From NCBI RefSeq assembly GCF_009914755.1, contig NC_060947.1: DNA of 64,000 nt; one strand, 5' to 3'. The DNA comes from the human T2T-CHM13v2.0 reference genome, Homo sapiens. Position 1 is the stretch's first letter. Every line of letters starts with the position of its first letter. The notes under the pieces were generated by a model that had not been told where the DNA came from, did no database searches, and saw nothing but the letters and a program-made list of their open reading frames with translations. The position numbers and the translations under genes are program-made. Below are positions 16,904 through 33,292 of the stretch, piece after piece.

Positions 16904-17319
16904 TTGACCACAAGATTTTATTTCAAAATCCATTTTATCATTCTTTCATTTAATATTTGCACTTTTTTCATCTTCTATTATAAAAATTATTCAATTCATA
17001 AATTAATTTTTTTGAAGTTTTAGTTAGTTAATGTATATTTAATTTATTGTGAGTAGCTATTTTGTTTTCTTTTCCATATGATAACCAATTGCCTCACATT
17101 TGTGGAAATTGCAAAATTTCATCTTTTATTTATAATACCATGTGTCTATATTTATGACACATATGTCTTTCAATGACAATCTGTGCATACATCTCATTCT
17201 ATGCTCTCAAATTTTTAATTTTCTTTATATTCTTAAAACAGTTTGCACTGTATTAATTTGCTAGAGCTTCATAATAAGTCTATTTATGATTACGTAGTCA
17301 AGTCCCATGAAAAATGTGC

Positions 17320-18940
<1,621 letters not shown>

Positions 18941-21757
18941 TAATTGAATGTGCACCTCACAAATAGATGTAAGATCAAGAGAGATTTGCCTCTAAAATAT
19001 TGACTATCTCCATCTGTGCTTATGATACCATTTTCCAAAAAGGAAAATTAGTTTTCTGTGCCTTGTCTTGGTTTACAGACTTATTTACTCATCAGCAAAC
19101 TTCATGGACCCTTTTATTATTCTAATGATAAAATTCTTTATTCTAATTCCTTGTACATTATTTTGTATTATTATCCAGCTATCCCTGTTATATATAATGA
19201 CAACATTTTCTTTACCTTTATAAGCAAATAACCCTTCATATTTCTTCTTACATTTTGAATGTTTTGAAGGACTCCTGAAGATCCAAGGATCCAGCACAAA
19301 TGAAACTTATTGAACAAAAAGATGCATAGGATACCAGTTTCAATAGAGAACCGAGAGTAAGGCTTGGGGTGATGCTGAAAATCACGCGTGGTCAAACTTC
19401 TTATGGGTCTATCATTCCCACGCCTGCTGCTTAAAGAAAATGCATTGTACTTTAAACCAGCAATAAGTTTATGGATTAATTAATCCAATTAGAACATTTT
19501 TCTTTGCCTAGCATACAGTTTTTGCAATTTTCCCTATTACATTCAATCAAATAAGTAATAACTAAGTGCATCTGTAGTCTGGAAAAGAAAATGGAACAGA
19601 AAGAGAAGGGGTAAAGGTAAAAATTCCAACAGTCCCTTTCCCCACAAGAATAACCCCATGCCTGATACTTGTCTTAGGAACTTGAAGAATCTCTCTGAGT
19701 CCTGCTACATCAGCACTTTTGGGATTAATCCATGGGTGTTTGAAAGGAATGCATTGTAAGTTTGGGGAAATGTTTCAGATTATCTTTGTTAATTGTGTCT
19801 TTGAAATCCTGCATATTTCAAATATGTTCAAATTAACTTGGATTACCAGTTTCTGAGAAAAGATGATGAATGTCTCCAACTACAAAAGGACTTTGACAAT
19901 TTGCTCTTTAATTTCTACATTGACTGCTACATGGCTATTGAAGTTTCTTAAAGAATCATACTACATATAATTATAAAATAATCCTCTTTTCTCAGTTACG
20001 TTTTCATCCTGGGTTTTATATTAATTTAATAGTTACACTTGTTTTTTTATTTGCCACTATTTACCTGGCATTATGTTTCTATTGCTTTACTTTCAACTTT
20101 TTATTTGTTATTTATGTTTTAAGTATTTTTAAATTAAATCATATAGCTGGATTGTGCTTGTCTTATCCAACATAAGAATGTTTTAATTTTAATGGGGTAT
20201 CTTCTTTAATATGCATTTGTTAATGTATCCATTTGATCTCATGCTTTCTCTTATATACTAAGTGGCATATGAGAGTTTCTTTTGTCATTCCTGTTATTAT
20301 TTTTCCATCCTTTATTTTTGCTGAACTGTGTGAGTGAAGTGGTCTCTTTGTGCCAGATTGCCATATGCAAAGTCATTTACATTTACATCTGTTGTAGACC
20401 TAACATCAATAAAGACGTGGATGTTTTCTTTTAAAATATCGTTAGGGCTTAGGTCAATATTAGGAGTAAATTATCATGTATTCTTTAACTAATGGACTTA
20501 TTGGAATATGCCAGAATCCACTAACACCTAAAAAAGGGTAGCACACTGAAGTATTGATAATTAAGACTCAGAGTCAAATTTCTAAGTAATTTTCCATTTC
20601 TGTCAGTATTCATTAGAATTAAATTTTAATATGTGCATAAGCCTTAATCTAATTAGAACATCCAGAAAAAAATGTTTCTCCAGTCAGTCATGGGAAGAAA
20701 AAGATTGGCATCATTACCCAAAAGACAGCAAACTATGAAATCTAAGAGATTGTTTACACTAAACTTATTTTCACATTTCCTGGCACTGCATAATTCAAAC
20801 CCACTCTGTGCTTACTGGGATACTTTCATCTCTAACATGAAGAGGAAAAATATAACTTTTTAAAAGCAAATCTTCAGGTTGGAAGGTTAGGTGTTTGCCT
20901 GAAAAGCCATTCATTTTTGCTTCAGCAAAGCAATTTGCAGTAGAGAATGATTTCCATCTCAGCTAGAAGATTGGAAAATGAAACTGTAAGTGGGAGTGTT
21001 TTACTGGGCATTCTAGCCTTGGACCCTGGTCATGGCGGGGAATGTGATGATATTTTAGCAGCTTTTGTAATCCTACACTGATTTTCAGAGGATATGTTTG
21101 GGTTTTCTGCCATTTAACTCTCTGGTTGGAATCTGAATCGGGATGAATCTTTAGTCAAATTTAAATTTTGGCTCATGAATGGAGGGCAGACATTTTTGTA
21201 ATGGTTCCCAAATTACGCAAAACTCTTCAAATATAAATGGTAATTGGCTGATTTCAATCTGAAAGGAGTTGGTATTCACAGGCAACCATTCCCGACTTTC
21301 TTGGGGTGTCAGTAGAATACAAACATTAGCCAAGCAGTGGCCTCAAAGGCCTGTGTATTTCTACAGTCACAGTGAATTCAATGAAATTGAATTCTGCAAG
21401 TTCTTTCTTAAAAGTGTCCATTAGCATAGGTGTAAATAGAATAACTACTTTCCCTTGGAGGTGAAAGTAATTTGCTGTAGGAAAAAAATATTTTCTCTAA
21501 CTTCAATTAGAAATCTCTTCTCTCTCTTTGATTAAAACTATCTGCCTTACTAATTAATAATTTGAAAGATGTTGAGAAGCATTGAGCTTTGAGTAACAAT
21601 AAAAGAGCACTCTAGTATTGAAAGAAGATAGCTTTCAGAGTTTGAAGGAGCAACATTCTTTGAACTTGCATACATATACCTAGGAAAATTAAAAATGACC
21701 ATCTGTGCAAATGGTTATAAACTCAGCTGGCAGTGGAATCCTGGCACAGGGGTGTGA

Positions 21758-22255
<498 letters not shown>

Positions 22256-22701
22256 AGTGTTTATGCACTTTAGATAGTTACTGAATTATTCACTATTTTG
22301 AATGTTGTTCTAAATTTGTAGAGGAACTAGATTTGGATTAGTAAAAGTTACTGGTGAGAATTTTTACTCAAGAGTAGCATTTTGGAAACTCATTGTCCAA
22401 CAAGACTGAAGTGAAGGTTCAAGTGCAGCAACAGCAGAGAGGTAATGAAACCACTTTTGCAAAATTCATGACAGTAAGAGAATTATGACTGTGAAAGAGA
22501 TCTGACCTAACTCCATGTTGCCTTTAATCTCCAAACTGCCCTTGGTCATTCCTGGGCATGGGCCAAGCTAACTTTGAGAGAACTTTAGTTTATGGTTTAA
22601 ATGATAATAGCCCTTCCCAAAATTAAACTGCCTTTGTAAAACTAATGAAAGGCAACCAGGTTAGGAGAATGAGAGGTGCCTGAAGTCTGCTAATATATAG
22701 G

Positions 22702-23070
22702 TGATATGGTTTGGCTGTGTCCCCACCCAAATCTCATTTTGAATTGTAGCTCCCATAATTCCCACGTGTCATGGGAGGGACCTGGTGGGAGGTAATTGAA
22801 TCATGGTGGCAGATTTTTCCCATGGTATTGTCATGACAGTAAATAAGTCTCACAGGTCTGATGGTTTTATAAAGGGGAGTTCCCCTGCACATACTCTCTC
22901 TCTCTTGCCTGCAGCCATGTAAAATGCACCTTTGCTTCTCCTTTGCCTTCTGCCATGATTGTGAGGCCTCCCCAGCCATGTGGAACTGTGAGTCCATTAA
23001 ACCTCTTTCCTTTATAAATTACCCAGTCTCAGGTATGTCTTTATTAGTAGCATGAAAACAGACTAATACA
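22702..23070 (+). mobile_element. THE1B-like MaLR solo LTR
   Basis: tgatatggtttggctgtgtccccacccaaatctc...cagactaataca. 5-bp TSD atagg/ataga. Confidence 0.93.
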
Positions 23071-23153
23071 ATAGATGGAGTTAAAACATTACCAGCCATT
23101 ATTATGAAGGTCACAAGATTTGCAAATTCCCCAAATACTCCTGTAAATAACAT

Positions 23154-23700
23154 TGCCAGGCCAGCTGTCAGAGCCCCAGCATCAGGAATTGGTCAACTTG
23201 CAGGTTGGTAAGAAGAATTTACCGACAACAGTATAGGTTTGAAAAGGAAAGTTCTATTAGATAGAGAGAACACTGTAGCAGAGTGCAGGGGAGGGGCACC
23301 TTAGTGAGAGAGGACTGAGAGTGCTGCTGCAGTTCATAAGGTATTTATGAACCTTAAAGGGGGAGCTGAAGGGTAATTTTCATGATAAATGATTACATTT
23401 GTAGACATGTTGGTGCCTTAATGTGGGCAAAGGTTGCACAATAAGTTTTGATATGCATGCATTTAGAGACGTATAGAAATTCTAGTAACTTATAAAAGTT
23501 GAAAGAGGCCTGGAACCAGATGCTGACTTTAGATACCAGGGAAGTTTAATTACTTCTAAATCATCTAGATGAGTTTTGCCTCTGGATGGCCTGTTTGATG
23601 GTCACCAAGTGGTGTTTGCTCCCTTCTAAATTCCTCAGAGAGGGAGTTTTTGTCTCCAGGACCAGTTCAATGGACCCCAGGTGATTTTTGCTCTCCTAAA
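23154..23700 (-). mobile_element. ERV1 solo LTR (MER83/MER84-like; subfamily uncertain)
   Basis: The minus strand carries the duplicated motif 'ggtgaccatcaaacaggccatccagaggcaaaactc'. TSD acat at 23150-23153 and 23701-23704. Confidence 0.7.
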
Positions 23701-24331
23701 ACATCACTATTGTGTAACCTAAGATTGGCCTTTTGCGAAGTCTTTTCAGACTTTTGCATTTGTGATGACCAGATGGCTCCATCCAGACTCAAGATTCATG
23801 ACTCAGTGGTCCTGTGGCCCCACCCAGAAGGGGACTCAGCACACAAGGACCGTTTTCCACACCCCTCTGATTTTATCCACAACCAATCAGCAGCATCCAT
23901 TCTCTAGCCCGCTGGCTGCCAAACTATCTCCAAATTTTTGATGAGGTTGATTCGAATAATAATAAAACTCTGGTCTCCCATTTAGCTGGCTATATGTGAA
24001 TTAAACTTTCTCTATTGCAATTCCCCTGTCTTGATAAATCAGCTCTATCTGGGCAGCAGGAAAAATGAACCCATAGGGTAGTTATAGGAAGGTAGCAGGA
24101 ACCTCCAGATTAAGACCTGATGCCAGGGCTACATCACCATGACATCAGGCATGAAAAAAAAGCAGTCAGTCTCTTTTGACCCTGAATAATTTGCCAGGGC
24201 CAAATGGACTTGAGTCAACTGGCAGTGCATAGGACTATGGATTCTGCAAAATGGATATGGCTTAGAGAGAAATGGGATGGCTATGCACTGATCAGCAATT
24301 CCTAGATAAGTTTGCAATCATAGTAGATTCA

Positions 24332-24904
24332 TTGTGCAATGCACACAGCTAGTCAATATGGAGGGACACTGGATTGCAGCACAGAACGACAGCCTCCAAA
24401 CAAACAGACAACAGAAAGCCTCAAATTCATCTCTCTGTGGAATTTGGTGCTAGGGATTTTAAGGGTTTTAGAGTGGGCTGAAGTGTGGAGATGGTTGATT
24501 GGTGGGAGACTGCAGCATAGAGTCATGGGACAGAGAGAGGAAGAAGCTGTGTTCTCATGCTGATCCCGTTCCTCTGTGGGCATCTTCAAATGGTTGCTGA
24601 AATTCAGGGCCTGGAAAACACTTTAAGCAATTCTTAAACAACAGCCTTATGATTCTAATGTCAGAGATTCTGTCTATAGGAGCAATGAAGATGTAAATCA
24701 ATTCTTAAACAGTCTTATGATGCTAATATCGGAAATCCTATCTATAGGAGCTTTGTGGATGCAGATGGTAAGTGTCTAGTGCTGCAGGGCTTTTAGCAAC
24801 AAGGAAGTGGGCCAAAGTGCAGCCTGATTCATGCTTAATTATAAGTGTATTTATGTCCAGAACCTGGGATGCAATTCTTGTTAACCCTGTGGGGATGGTT
24901 TCTG
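24332..24904 (-). mobile_element. ERV1 (MER4-group) LTR, subfamily not resolved
   Basis: Minus strand starts ..gaaaccatccccacagggttaacaagaattgc. Contains an internal ~60-70 bp tandem duplication (caattcttaaaca...ctataggagc twice) and ccaatc motifs. Confidence 0.65.
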
Positions 24905-25268
24905 CAGTGCAGAGGACCATGTATCCTGTAACATGGATACAGATTAGAGAAAAATGGGATGACTATGCAATGATCAGAGATTCCCTGATACATTTAGAAA
25001 TTGTTGCATCATAAGCTGGGAGCAAGCTAGCCATGATGAATGAACAGCCCCCAAACACAGTATCAGTGTCTGTTTCATTGCTCCTGCAAAGTTCCACATT
25101 TAGATTGCACTTATGGCCTTGACCCCAGGAGGAACAACAGGTAAATAATGCACCTGGATAGCCCCAGAGTGACATCCCCTGCATCGGTGTCAGCTCATTC
25201 TAAGGGCAGTTTCTGACCTTGAGGCTACCCTGCATCCTAGCAGTTGGCTTGCTCTGTAAGCCTGTTTT

Positions 25269-26546
25269 TGAAACTGCCTTTTGCAAGATATATGACAGTG
25301 AGAGAAATCTAACATAGCTGACTACGTCTTGCTTTTAACCTTACAAGTGAACTAACTTTGTTAACTTTAAAGAAGATTACAATAATCCCTTCCAAAACTA
25401 ACCCCTTCCTTGCTTAGGAACAGAAGACTAATGGAAGGCCACAAGGTTAGAATTATGGGGACGGGGTACCTGAATTCAGCTAAGATGTAGGTATATTTAA
25501 ATGATAACCAGCCATTGCTCCCTAGTTTGCCTTTCTGTAATCTCTTACTGCCCAAGAGTCATTTAGCTGGAGGTCAAAAGATTTTTAACTTCCCCAATTG
25601 CTTCTATAGATAGCATCATTATTGTGAAAACCTAAGATTTGTCTTTGAGATATTTTTCAGACTTTTGCACTGTGGCTAAACTAGTGACCTGACATCAGCC
25701 AAACCTACCCAGGCCCATGATTCATGACTCATCACTCAACTAGTCTTGTGGTCCTCACCCGGAGGTGGAATCGGCAGACAAGAACCGTTTTCCACACTCC
25801 TGTGATTTCATCCCCAACCAATCAGCAGCACCTTTTCCCTAGCCCTTTGCCCACCAAATTATCCTTAACCTTTTTCCAGTTTAGAAAAAAAAAGTACAGC
25901 TTTCTGCCACCACTCATTTAATTTTACACAAACATGCTCTTTGAGGCTGAAGCAAATCTGACTGATTTTCAATGTGAAAATAAAATATAAAAGCTGTTCT
26001 TGGAGTTATTTCTAAAGAGAAATAACATCAAAGTTGTCTGAATTATCAAAATTGTCTATTTTTAAAAAATTGGATTCATCAGATTAAACTCCAGCCAATA
26101 ACTGTTGGAGAACAATGTTAACATCACACATAGGAATGCTATGTCTTCTAGGATTTGACGTTTTCAGCGATCAAGAATTACTATATTTAGTAAATGGAAA
26201 TACCATTACTACAAACGAATGCTAAAAATAGAATGATGTCTTTTGTTTCCAAAGTTGATACACTAGAGCAATGCAAAAAAAAAAAAATAATAAAAGCAAG
26301 ATACTTCATAGCAAAGTTATCTCAGGGTAAATGCTGCAAGCACCGCCAGTGAGTATTCTCAGCGCAAACAGGAAAAGGTTAAAAACCCTAGTTTCTGAGC
26401 TCTCAGGGAGGCAGATTTGAGAAATGTGTCCCATCCTTCCACTGGGCTTCCTTGCAATAATTAAACTCTCTCTACTACAACACCACTGTTTCAGCGAATT
26501 GGCTTTATCTGTGCAGCAGACAAGAAGAACCCACTGGGTAGTTACA
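25269..26546 (+). mobile_element. LTR8-family (LTR8B-like) solo LTR interrupted by MER75
   Basis: tgaaactgccttttgcaagatatatgacagtgagagaaatct...gaacccactgggtagttaca. Homologous to 22446-24086. Confidence 0.78.
25869..26378 (-). mobile_element. MER75 piggyBac-derived MITE, copy 2
   Basis: TTAA target duplication at 25865-25868 and 26379-26382. TIR-like ends cctttttcc...ggaaaagg. Confidence 0.93.
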
Positions 26547-27597
26547 CTTTCTTACAGAATCCTTCTCAGCCTGTGAGTGAGAGCCTGGCATATGTCTCGC
26601 GCTTTTGCAAGAATGGTGTCCTGCTTTTTGACTTCTAATCCAGCCATTGGCTGTTCCTTCTCCTGAGATTATATGTGACTCAAATCCTTTCTGCATATCA
26701 TTCGCCTTCTGGAATCCCTGGCTACTGACCCCAGCTCACTGTTTAAGCTTCTAGACACTGGCGCTTCCCTTACCTGGTGTGAGCTTGGGACACCTGGTTG
26801 GACAAGCTAGAAATGACAGCTAGCTGGTTTATTCCAGCCTGCGTTCTGTATCATAGTGGGGCTTCTTCTTGCTTTCGTTTTTTTTCTCTCTTTTTGCTGG
26901 TGTTCCTGTTGGTCTGAGCATATAACTACTACTACTGTAAAAGAAGAGCTATACTAAAGGGGAAGCACTGAACCCTAGAGAGATCAACGCACCAAGATGA
27001 CTTTCACATCACCTGCAACATACATCTTATTTATTGGCTCCAATAGTAGCCTTCTTACTACCTTACAGACTCAAAGTGGAAGTAAGATGATGGAAGTAAG
27101 ACATCAAAGTGGCTCCTTTGATGCCAAAAGAGTTCTGTTCCTGGACTGAGTTCAGATGGCGAGTTTAAGCTCCCTCTATGAAGGTCATATAACTTGTGTT
27201 AGAATAACTAACTTGTGTCCATCCCATACACTGATTAAAATTTTCAATATGTTTAATGAGGGAGAGCTACCAGTGTACCTGCGAAACATGCGTTTTGTCA
27301 TGTGTTTGTCCTTTTTCTGAGACAGCCAACAATTGTGATGGCTTTCAGTTATATTTTGGGGGAGCTCAGCCAATCACTGGGGGCTACACATAATTCAGAC
27401 ATAGAATGCATATGTTTGTGAGACTCTTATTTGATCTCATTGGATGCCCTCATTTCCTGTCGTAACTCAACTGATTCTACTCCAGGGAGGTCCAATTTGA
27501 ATATTGAGAACATATTTCAGGGAAAAAAAAAAGGACAATGTTGCTACCAGATCATTGGCCAATGTATGCTGCCATACAAAGAGAAGGGTTTAAAAAA

Positions 27598-27898
27598 TTA
27601 TTTATTCATTTATTTTTGGAAGAGACTCTTGCTCTGTTGCCAAGGCTGGAATACACTGGTGCGATCCCAGTTCACTGCAGCTTTGACCTCCCAAGCTCAA
27701 GTGATCCTACCACCTCAGCCTCCTCATTAGCTGACACTGCAGGCCACCACACCCAGCTAATTTTTTCTTTTATTTATAGTGGAGATGGGGGTCTCACTAT
27801 GTTGCCTAGGGTGGTCTTGAACTCCTGGGCTCAAGCGATCCTCCTTCCTCAGCCTCTCAAAGTGTTGGAATTACAGAGGTGAGCCATTGCACCCAGTC
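27598..27898 (-). mobile_element. AluJ
   Basis: Diverged dimer with J diagnostics (ctcctgggctcaagcgatcctcc). Confidence 0.9.
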
Positions 27899-28064
27899 AG
27901 AGATGGTTGTTTATAAATATAAAGGAAGAAGCATTCCTGAGAGAATGCTTAATGAAGACTTGCTTTTTGACTATCTTTCTGTGGATGGTCAAATCTATAT
28001 AAGCAATGTGGTGTACATCTGAAGGTGTCTTATTATGCATATTATTGATTCTAGAAAAAGTATC

Positions 28065-28462
28065 AATTTTGTTTATTTCAATAGGTTTTTGGGGACTAGG
28101 TGGTGATTGGTTACATGAATGAGTTATTTAGTGGTGATTTCTGAGATTTTGGTGTACCCATCACCCAAGCAGTGTACACTCTACTCAATGTGCAGTCTTT
28201 TATCCCTCACCCCCCTCCCACCCATTCACCCAAGTCCCCAAAGTCCATTGTATCATTCTTATGCCTTTGCATCCTCATAACTTAGCTCTCACTTATGAGT
28301 GAGAACATATGATGTTTGAGTTTCCTTTCCTGAGTTACTTCATTTAGAATAATGGCCTCCAGTTCCATCCAGATTGCTGCAAATGCTATTATTTCATTCC
28401 TTTTTTATCACTGAGTAGTATTCCATGGTGCGTATGTGTGTGTATTTATTTCCCTCTCTGTC

Positions 28463-28509
<47 letters not shown>

Positions 28510-28590
28510 CTCACAATTTCTTTATCCACTTGTTGATTGATGAGCATGTTCCATATTTTTGCAGTTGTGAATTGTGCTGTATAAACATGG
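28065..28590 (-). mobile_element. L1PB-type 3' fragment with internal (TG)n microsatellite (about 28467-28503)
   Basis: 'ttggttacatgaatgagttatttagtggtgatttctgagattttggtgtacccatcacccaagcag'. Confidence 0.87.
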
Positions 28591-28874
28591 GTAAGGATCT
28601 GAAAAATTTTCTGTTGTGAGAAGAGATGTAAATATTCTTAGGCAATAATAAATTGATTTAAAATATCAGGGGATAAATTTCTTATTCCTTTTTATAAATA
28701 AAGGGATAAGAAAAATAGCAAATAAAGACTCTATCCATGTTATTCAAATGGCCTCACCAATCTCAACTTATCTTTTAAATTAGATTTTTAAAAATTTCCA
28801 GTGTTCCAAAAATGTTTATTTTAATTGATATAAATTGCACACATACTATTCAATAACCTGCTTTGTTAATTCAT

Positions 28875-29095
28875 TGTGGTAGAAAAAAATCACAACACAA
28901 AATTTACCATCTTAACCATGTTTTTAAGTATATAGTTCAGTAGTGTTCAGTAAATTTACACTGCTGTTCAAAAGATCTCCAGAACTTTTCATCTTGCAGA
29001 ACTGAAACTCTGTATCCAATAAACACAACTGCTCTGGGTCCTCTTACCACATCACCTAGTAAATACCATTCTGTTTTCTGTATCTATGACTACTA
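28875..29095 (-). mobile_element. L1MB-type 3' fragment
   Basis: 'aaaatttaccatcttaacca...ctccagaacttttcatcttgcagaactgaaactctgta'. Confidence 0.75.
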
Positions 29096-29568
29096 TTTTT
29101 TTCTTTCTATACACATATGATTTTAAGATACTTTCATATTGCTATGGGGATTTTTCATGCTTTGCAACTTCTCTCAGTTTCTTCACACATGAGGTAAAGC
29201 CGATATTAGCTACTTAATGTACTGTTGCTACAAAATTATGGTCTGGGCCACATTAAATAATATACGTGAAAGTACTTCGGATACTGGGGAGTTACCGAGA
29301 CATATAACTAGACATTAATTCTATAGAGAAAATGAAATATGTTTTGCCTGTCCCAAATGTGTCAAATTGATTAGAAATTGCAAAAAATTAGTTAGTAGAG
29401 CCTTGGGAATTTATTAATTGATTCTTACTTATGGTATTTATACTTCTGTTTGCCCCATACTGATGTCATTAAATGACTACATGCAGATTTTCTGTTGCAT
29501 AAATGTACTCTTGATTCTTCAGAGTTTCTGACACTGTAAAACAAGTACATATACTTTGTTTTACAAAA

Positions 29569-29570
<2 letters not shown>

Positions 29571-29631
<61 letters not shown>
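29571..29631. repeat. (AT)~24(AC)~6 compound microsatellite
   Basis: Directly visible. Confidence 0.97.
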
Positions 29632-29722
29632 GGCATTTCTCTTTTGTTGCTGGGGATATACATACACACATATACATATGTGTGTGTGTATGTATATCAT
29701 CAGCAACAAAAGAGAAATGTCT
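29631..29722. repeat. Near-perfect spacer-less inverted repeat (palindrome), arms 47 and 45 bp
   Basis: aggcatttctcttttgttgctggggatatacatacacacatatacat | atgtgtgtgtgtatgtatatcatcagcaacaaaagagaaatgtct. Confidence 0.93.
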
Positions 29723-30627
29723 TTTTAATATGGTTGCAAATGCTGCTATGTTTAAAAATATTTAAATATTTTCAGGTTGAAAAATAGAGTTGAAATCTTT
29801 GGCAGAATAATCACCATATTCTCTCACACTGTAAAATCGGTTAATGATACAGTTCCAAATGCTGCCTGTATCATGAATCCATTCCTCTGTGTCTGCCTTC
29901 AGCTATTTTAATCATCCTAACATGAAATAACTTGTAAAAAGATGCAGTCCCATTCCTGTCACCTTGCTTTGAATGCTTCTGTAATGGTTTTCTAAATTAT
30001 TTTTCTAACCAGTTTTGTGCTAAAATCTGCTACAGAGATGAGGCCTTGGAGCAGGGATGCTGGCCACCCATGGAGAAAAATGAGACCTGTGTTCCAGGCT
30101 GTCAGCAGAGTCCCGGAGGCTTTGCCCATGGCTGTGGTTCAAACTGTGTTCCACAAATACTTGCAACTGTCTGCAGGGCCTCGGAGACATGGGCCAAATG
30201 GGTTTCCCTCCCAAATACCCAGGCATGACACAACTTCAGCTTTCATCTAATTATACACTGGACATCCACACCGTTTCACCTGCAAAGGGTTCTACTGTTA
30301 AAATAAATAAACAAAATAAACCCTCTCTTTTATAATATGTGAACTTTAAATTAAAATAAAAAAACAGATTAGCAACGCAAAGTGTCCCTTGCACTTTTTG
30401 CAGCCATTGATACATTGCATACACATCAATTCAAGGTACCTTGTATTATCACCCTTGGAGAGGGTGAAAATCCCCGACTACGGTAGTCTCAATTTATTCT
30501 GCCAACAAATATGGATTGATGAATTTCTTCTGTTGTGGGTATTAGAAATGGAGCAGCAGGTAACCGCACAGGGGCCCCTACCCTTATGTTCCCCAATTAC
30601 CTCATTTCTCTGTTACAGTCCAAGTAA

Positions 30628-31013
<386 letters not shown>

Positions 31014-31054
31014 TGAGTTGCTTTCATTTCTTATTCTGTCTTTTACAAAATTTA

Positions 31055-31477
<423 letters not shown>

Positions 31478-31526
31478 CTATGTCTGCAGTGCCTAGTGCA
31501 ATGTCTGGCATATTTAAGATGTGTAA

Positions 31527-31891
31527 CAGAGATGCTTCTTCACTTACAATGGAGTTACATCCCAACAAACTCATCATAAGTTGAAAATATTGTAAGTCAA
31601 AAATGTCGTAAGTTAAAAATGCATTGAATACAGCTAACCTACTGTATCTGGCCTACTTTAAATGTGCTGAGAAGACTCAGATTACCCTATAGTTTGGGAA
31701 AATCACCTAACACAAAGCCTATTTTACAGTAAAGTGTTGCATATCTCATGTAATTTATTGCATATTACACTGTAAGTGAAAAAACACTGTGTTGGTATTC
31801 AAACTATGGTTTCTACTAAATGCATATTGCATTTCCATCATCATAAAGTCTAAAAATGTATGTCAAACTATCATAAACTGATGACTGTCTG
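31527..31891 (+). mobile_element. MER47A-like TcMar-Tigger MITE
   Basis: 'gatgcttcttcacttacaatggagttacatcccaacaaactcatcataagttgaaaatattgtaagtcaaaaatg...gactgtctgta'. Confidence 0.82.
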
Positions 31892-32166
31892 TATCTGCAT
31901 ATGAATGATAAATATTTATACAACTAAGTGGTATGTGAATTGGAAGACATTCCAAAATTTTATACATTTACAAAAAAGTATATAATATTACAGCAGATCT
32001 ATCCAACCTGTTTCAACAGAATATCTGTTCTTTTTGAGATGAAAAATCAAATATTTTGGAACAGGTCACTAAAATGCATTAGAGGATATCCTTTTGCCAT
32101 GGGCTGTCCAACGTGAGTTTCTCATTTGTTGTATCACTTCTCTCCTGATCATCATGGATACTATAC

Positions 32167-33292
32167 TTTTTTTTTGTATTTGAGAAATTTTAATTATTAG
32201 AGAGATTTTTCATACAACATTTATTCTGTAAGCAAATTTCAAGGAGTGCAGAATGAATCAAATTAATGAAGCTGATTAGAACTTCCTCTGAAGGTATCAT
32301 TGTAAACATTAATTTCTGAATCAGTGTTGTAAGTATTTTGGAACATAGACACCAGATCACATTTTAACTGTACTTTTATCTCTATTAAAAAAATGACAAA
32401 AAAAATCCCATTTTGTGCATGTAGCATTTTCAATTCCCACCATCAATGCATGATAGTTCTTGGTTTTCCACATTCATATTGTTATTTATCCTTATGAGAA
32501 TTGTGTGCTTTAACCATTCTAGTAGGTGAGTAATGGTATCTAATTTTTATTTAAATGCACATGTCCCTAATATAAATTTCATATTTAACAATTTTTATAT
32601 AATTTTTGGTGATATGCCTTTCCTGATATTTGGTTCATTTTTAACTGCATTGTTTTGTTTTGATTAGTTGTAAGTTTACTTGCATATTGTTTATAAAAGT
32701 CATTTAACGAATTAAAAGAATTCTTTTAACAAATTTGTGACTTGGAAGCATTTTCTCCAAGTCTGTGGTTGTCTTTTACTCCCCTATCAGTGTGTACTGC
32801 AGAAAAATATCTGCCTGTGTGTGTGTGTGTGTTTGTACAAATTTTGATTTAAAAACATGTAAAATTTTCTTCATCCATAGATCATGTCTTTGGCGTTATA
32901 TCTGAATTCTCATTATAAAATACACTAATAGTGATTATTTTTCTCCAAGTCTCTAATCTCAGGCCACAATCAACTCATGAGTGTTTAAACTTCACCTACT
33001 GGATTGTAGGACTATCCACCTGAGATATTTGGAATACTTCTGTAAGAAGATGTGTTCTTCCCATTATTTCTTTATTTCATTATCTGTTAATGTTCATATT
33101 GGTTTATGGATGTCTATTTCATTCCCTGAAGAAGATCCATGCTACTTTATTCATTTTATTGGTCAAATCACTACAGCTTTATTCGGTGCCGGGAGCTCAT
33201 TTATTTTGGATCCTGCATTCTTGCAGCACACCCCATCCTTTTATCTTGGAACACTTCCCTGTTTCCTGATATTACAATAAATTCTAAGCTCA
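32167..33292 (-). other. Candidate L1 3'-transduced segment containing old L1M pieces, ending in its own poly(A)
   Basis: Poly(T) at 32167-32175, with ATTAAA on the minus strand at 32189-32194. A degenerate TSD encloses this segment together with the adjacent L1PA. Confidence 0.55.

Larger units (their letters stand above)
22446..24086 (+). mobile_element. LTR8A-like ERV1 solo LTR containing two nested LTRs
   Basis: Starts tgaaaccacttttgcaaaa and ends gaacccatagggtagttata. The three segments 22446-22701, 23076-23153 and 23705-24086 are colinear. Confidence 0.8.
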
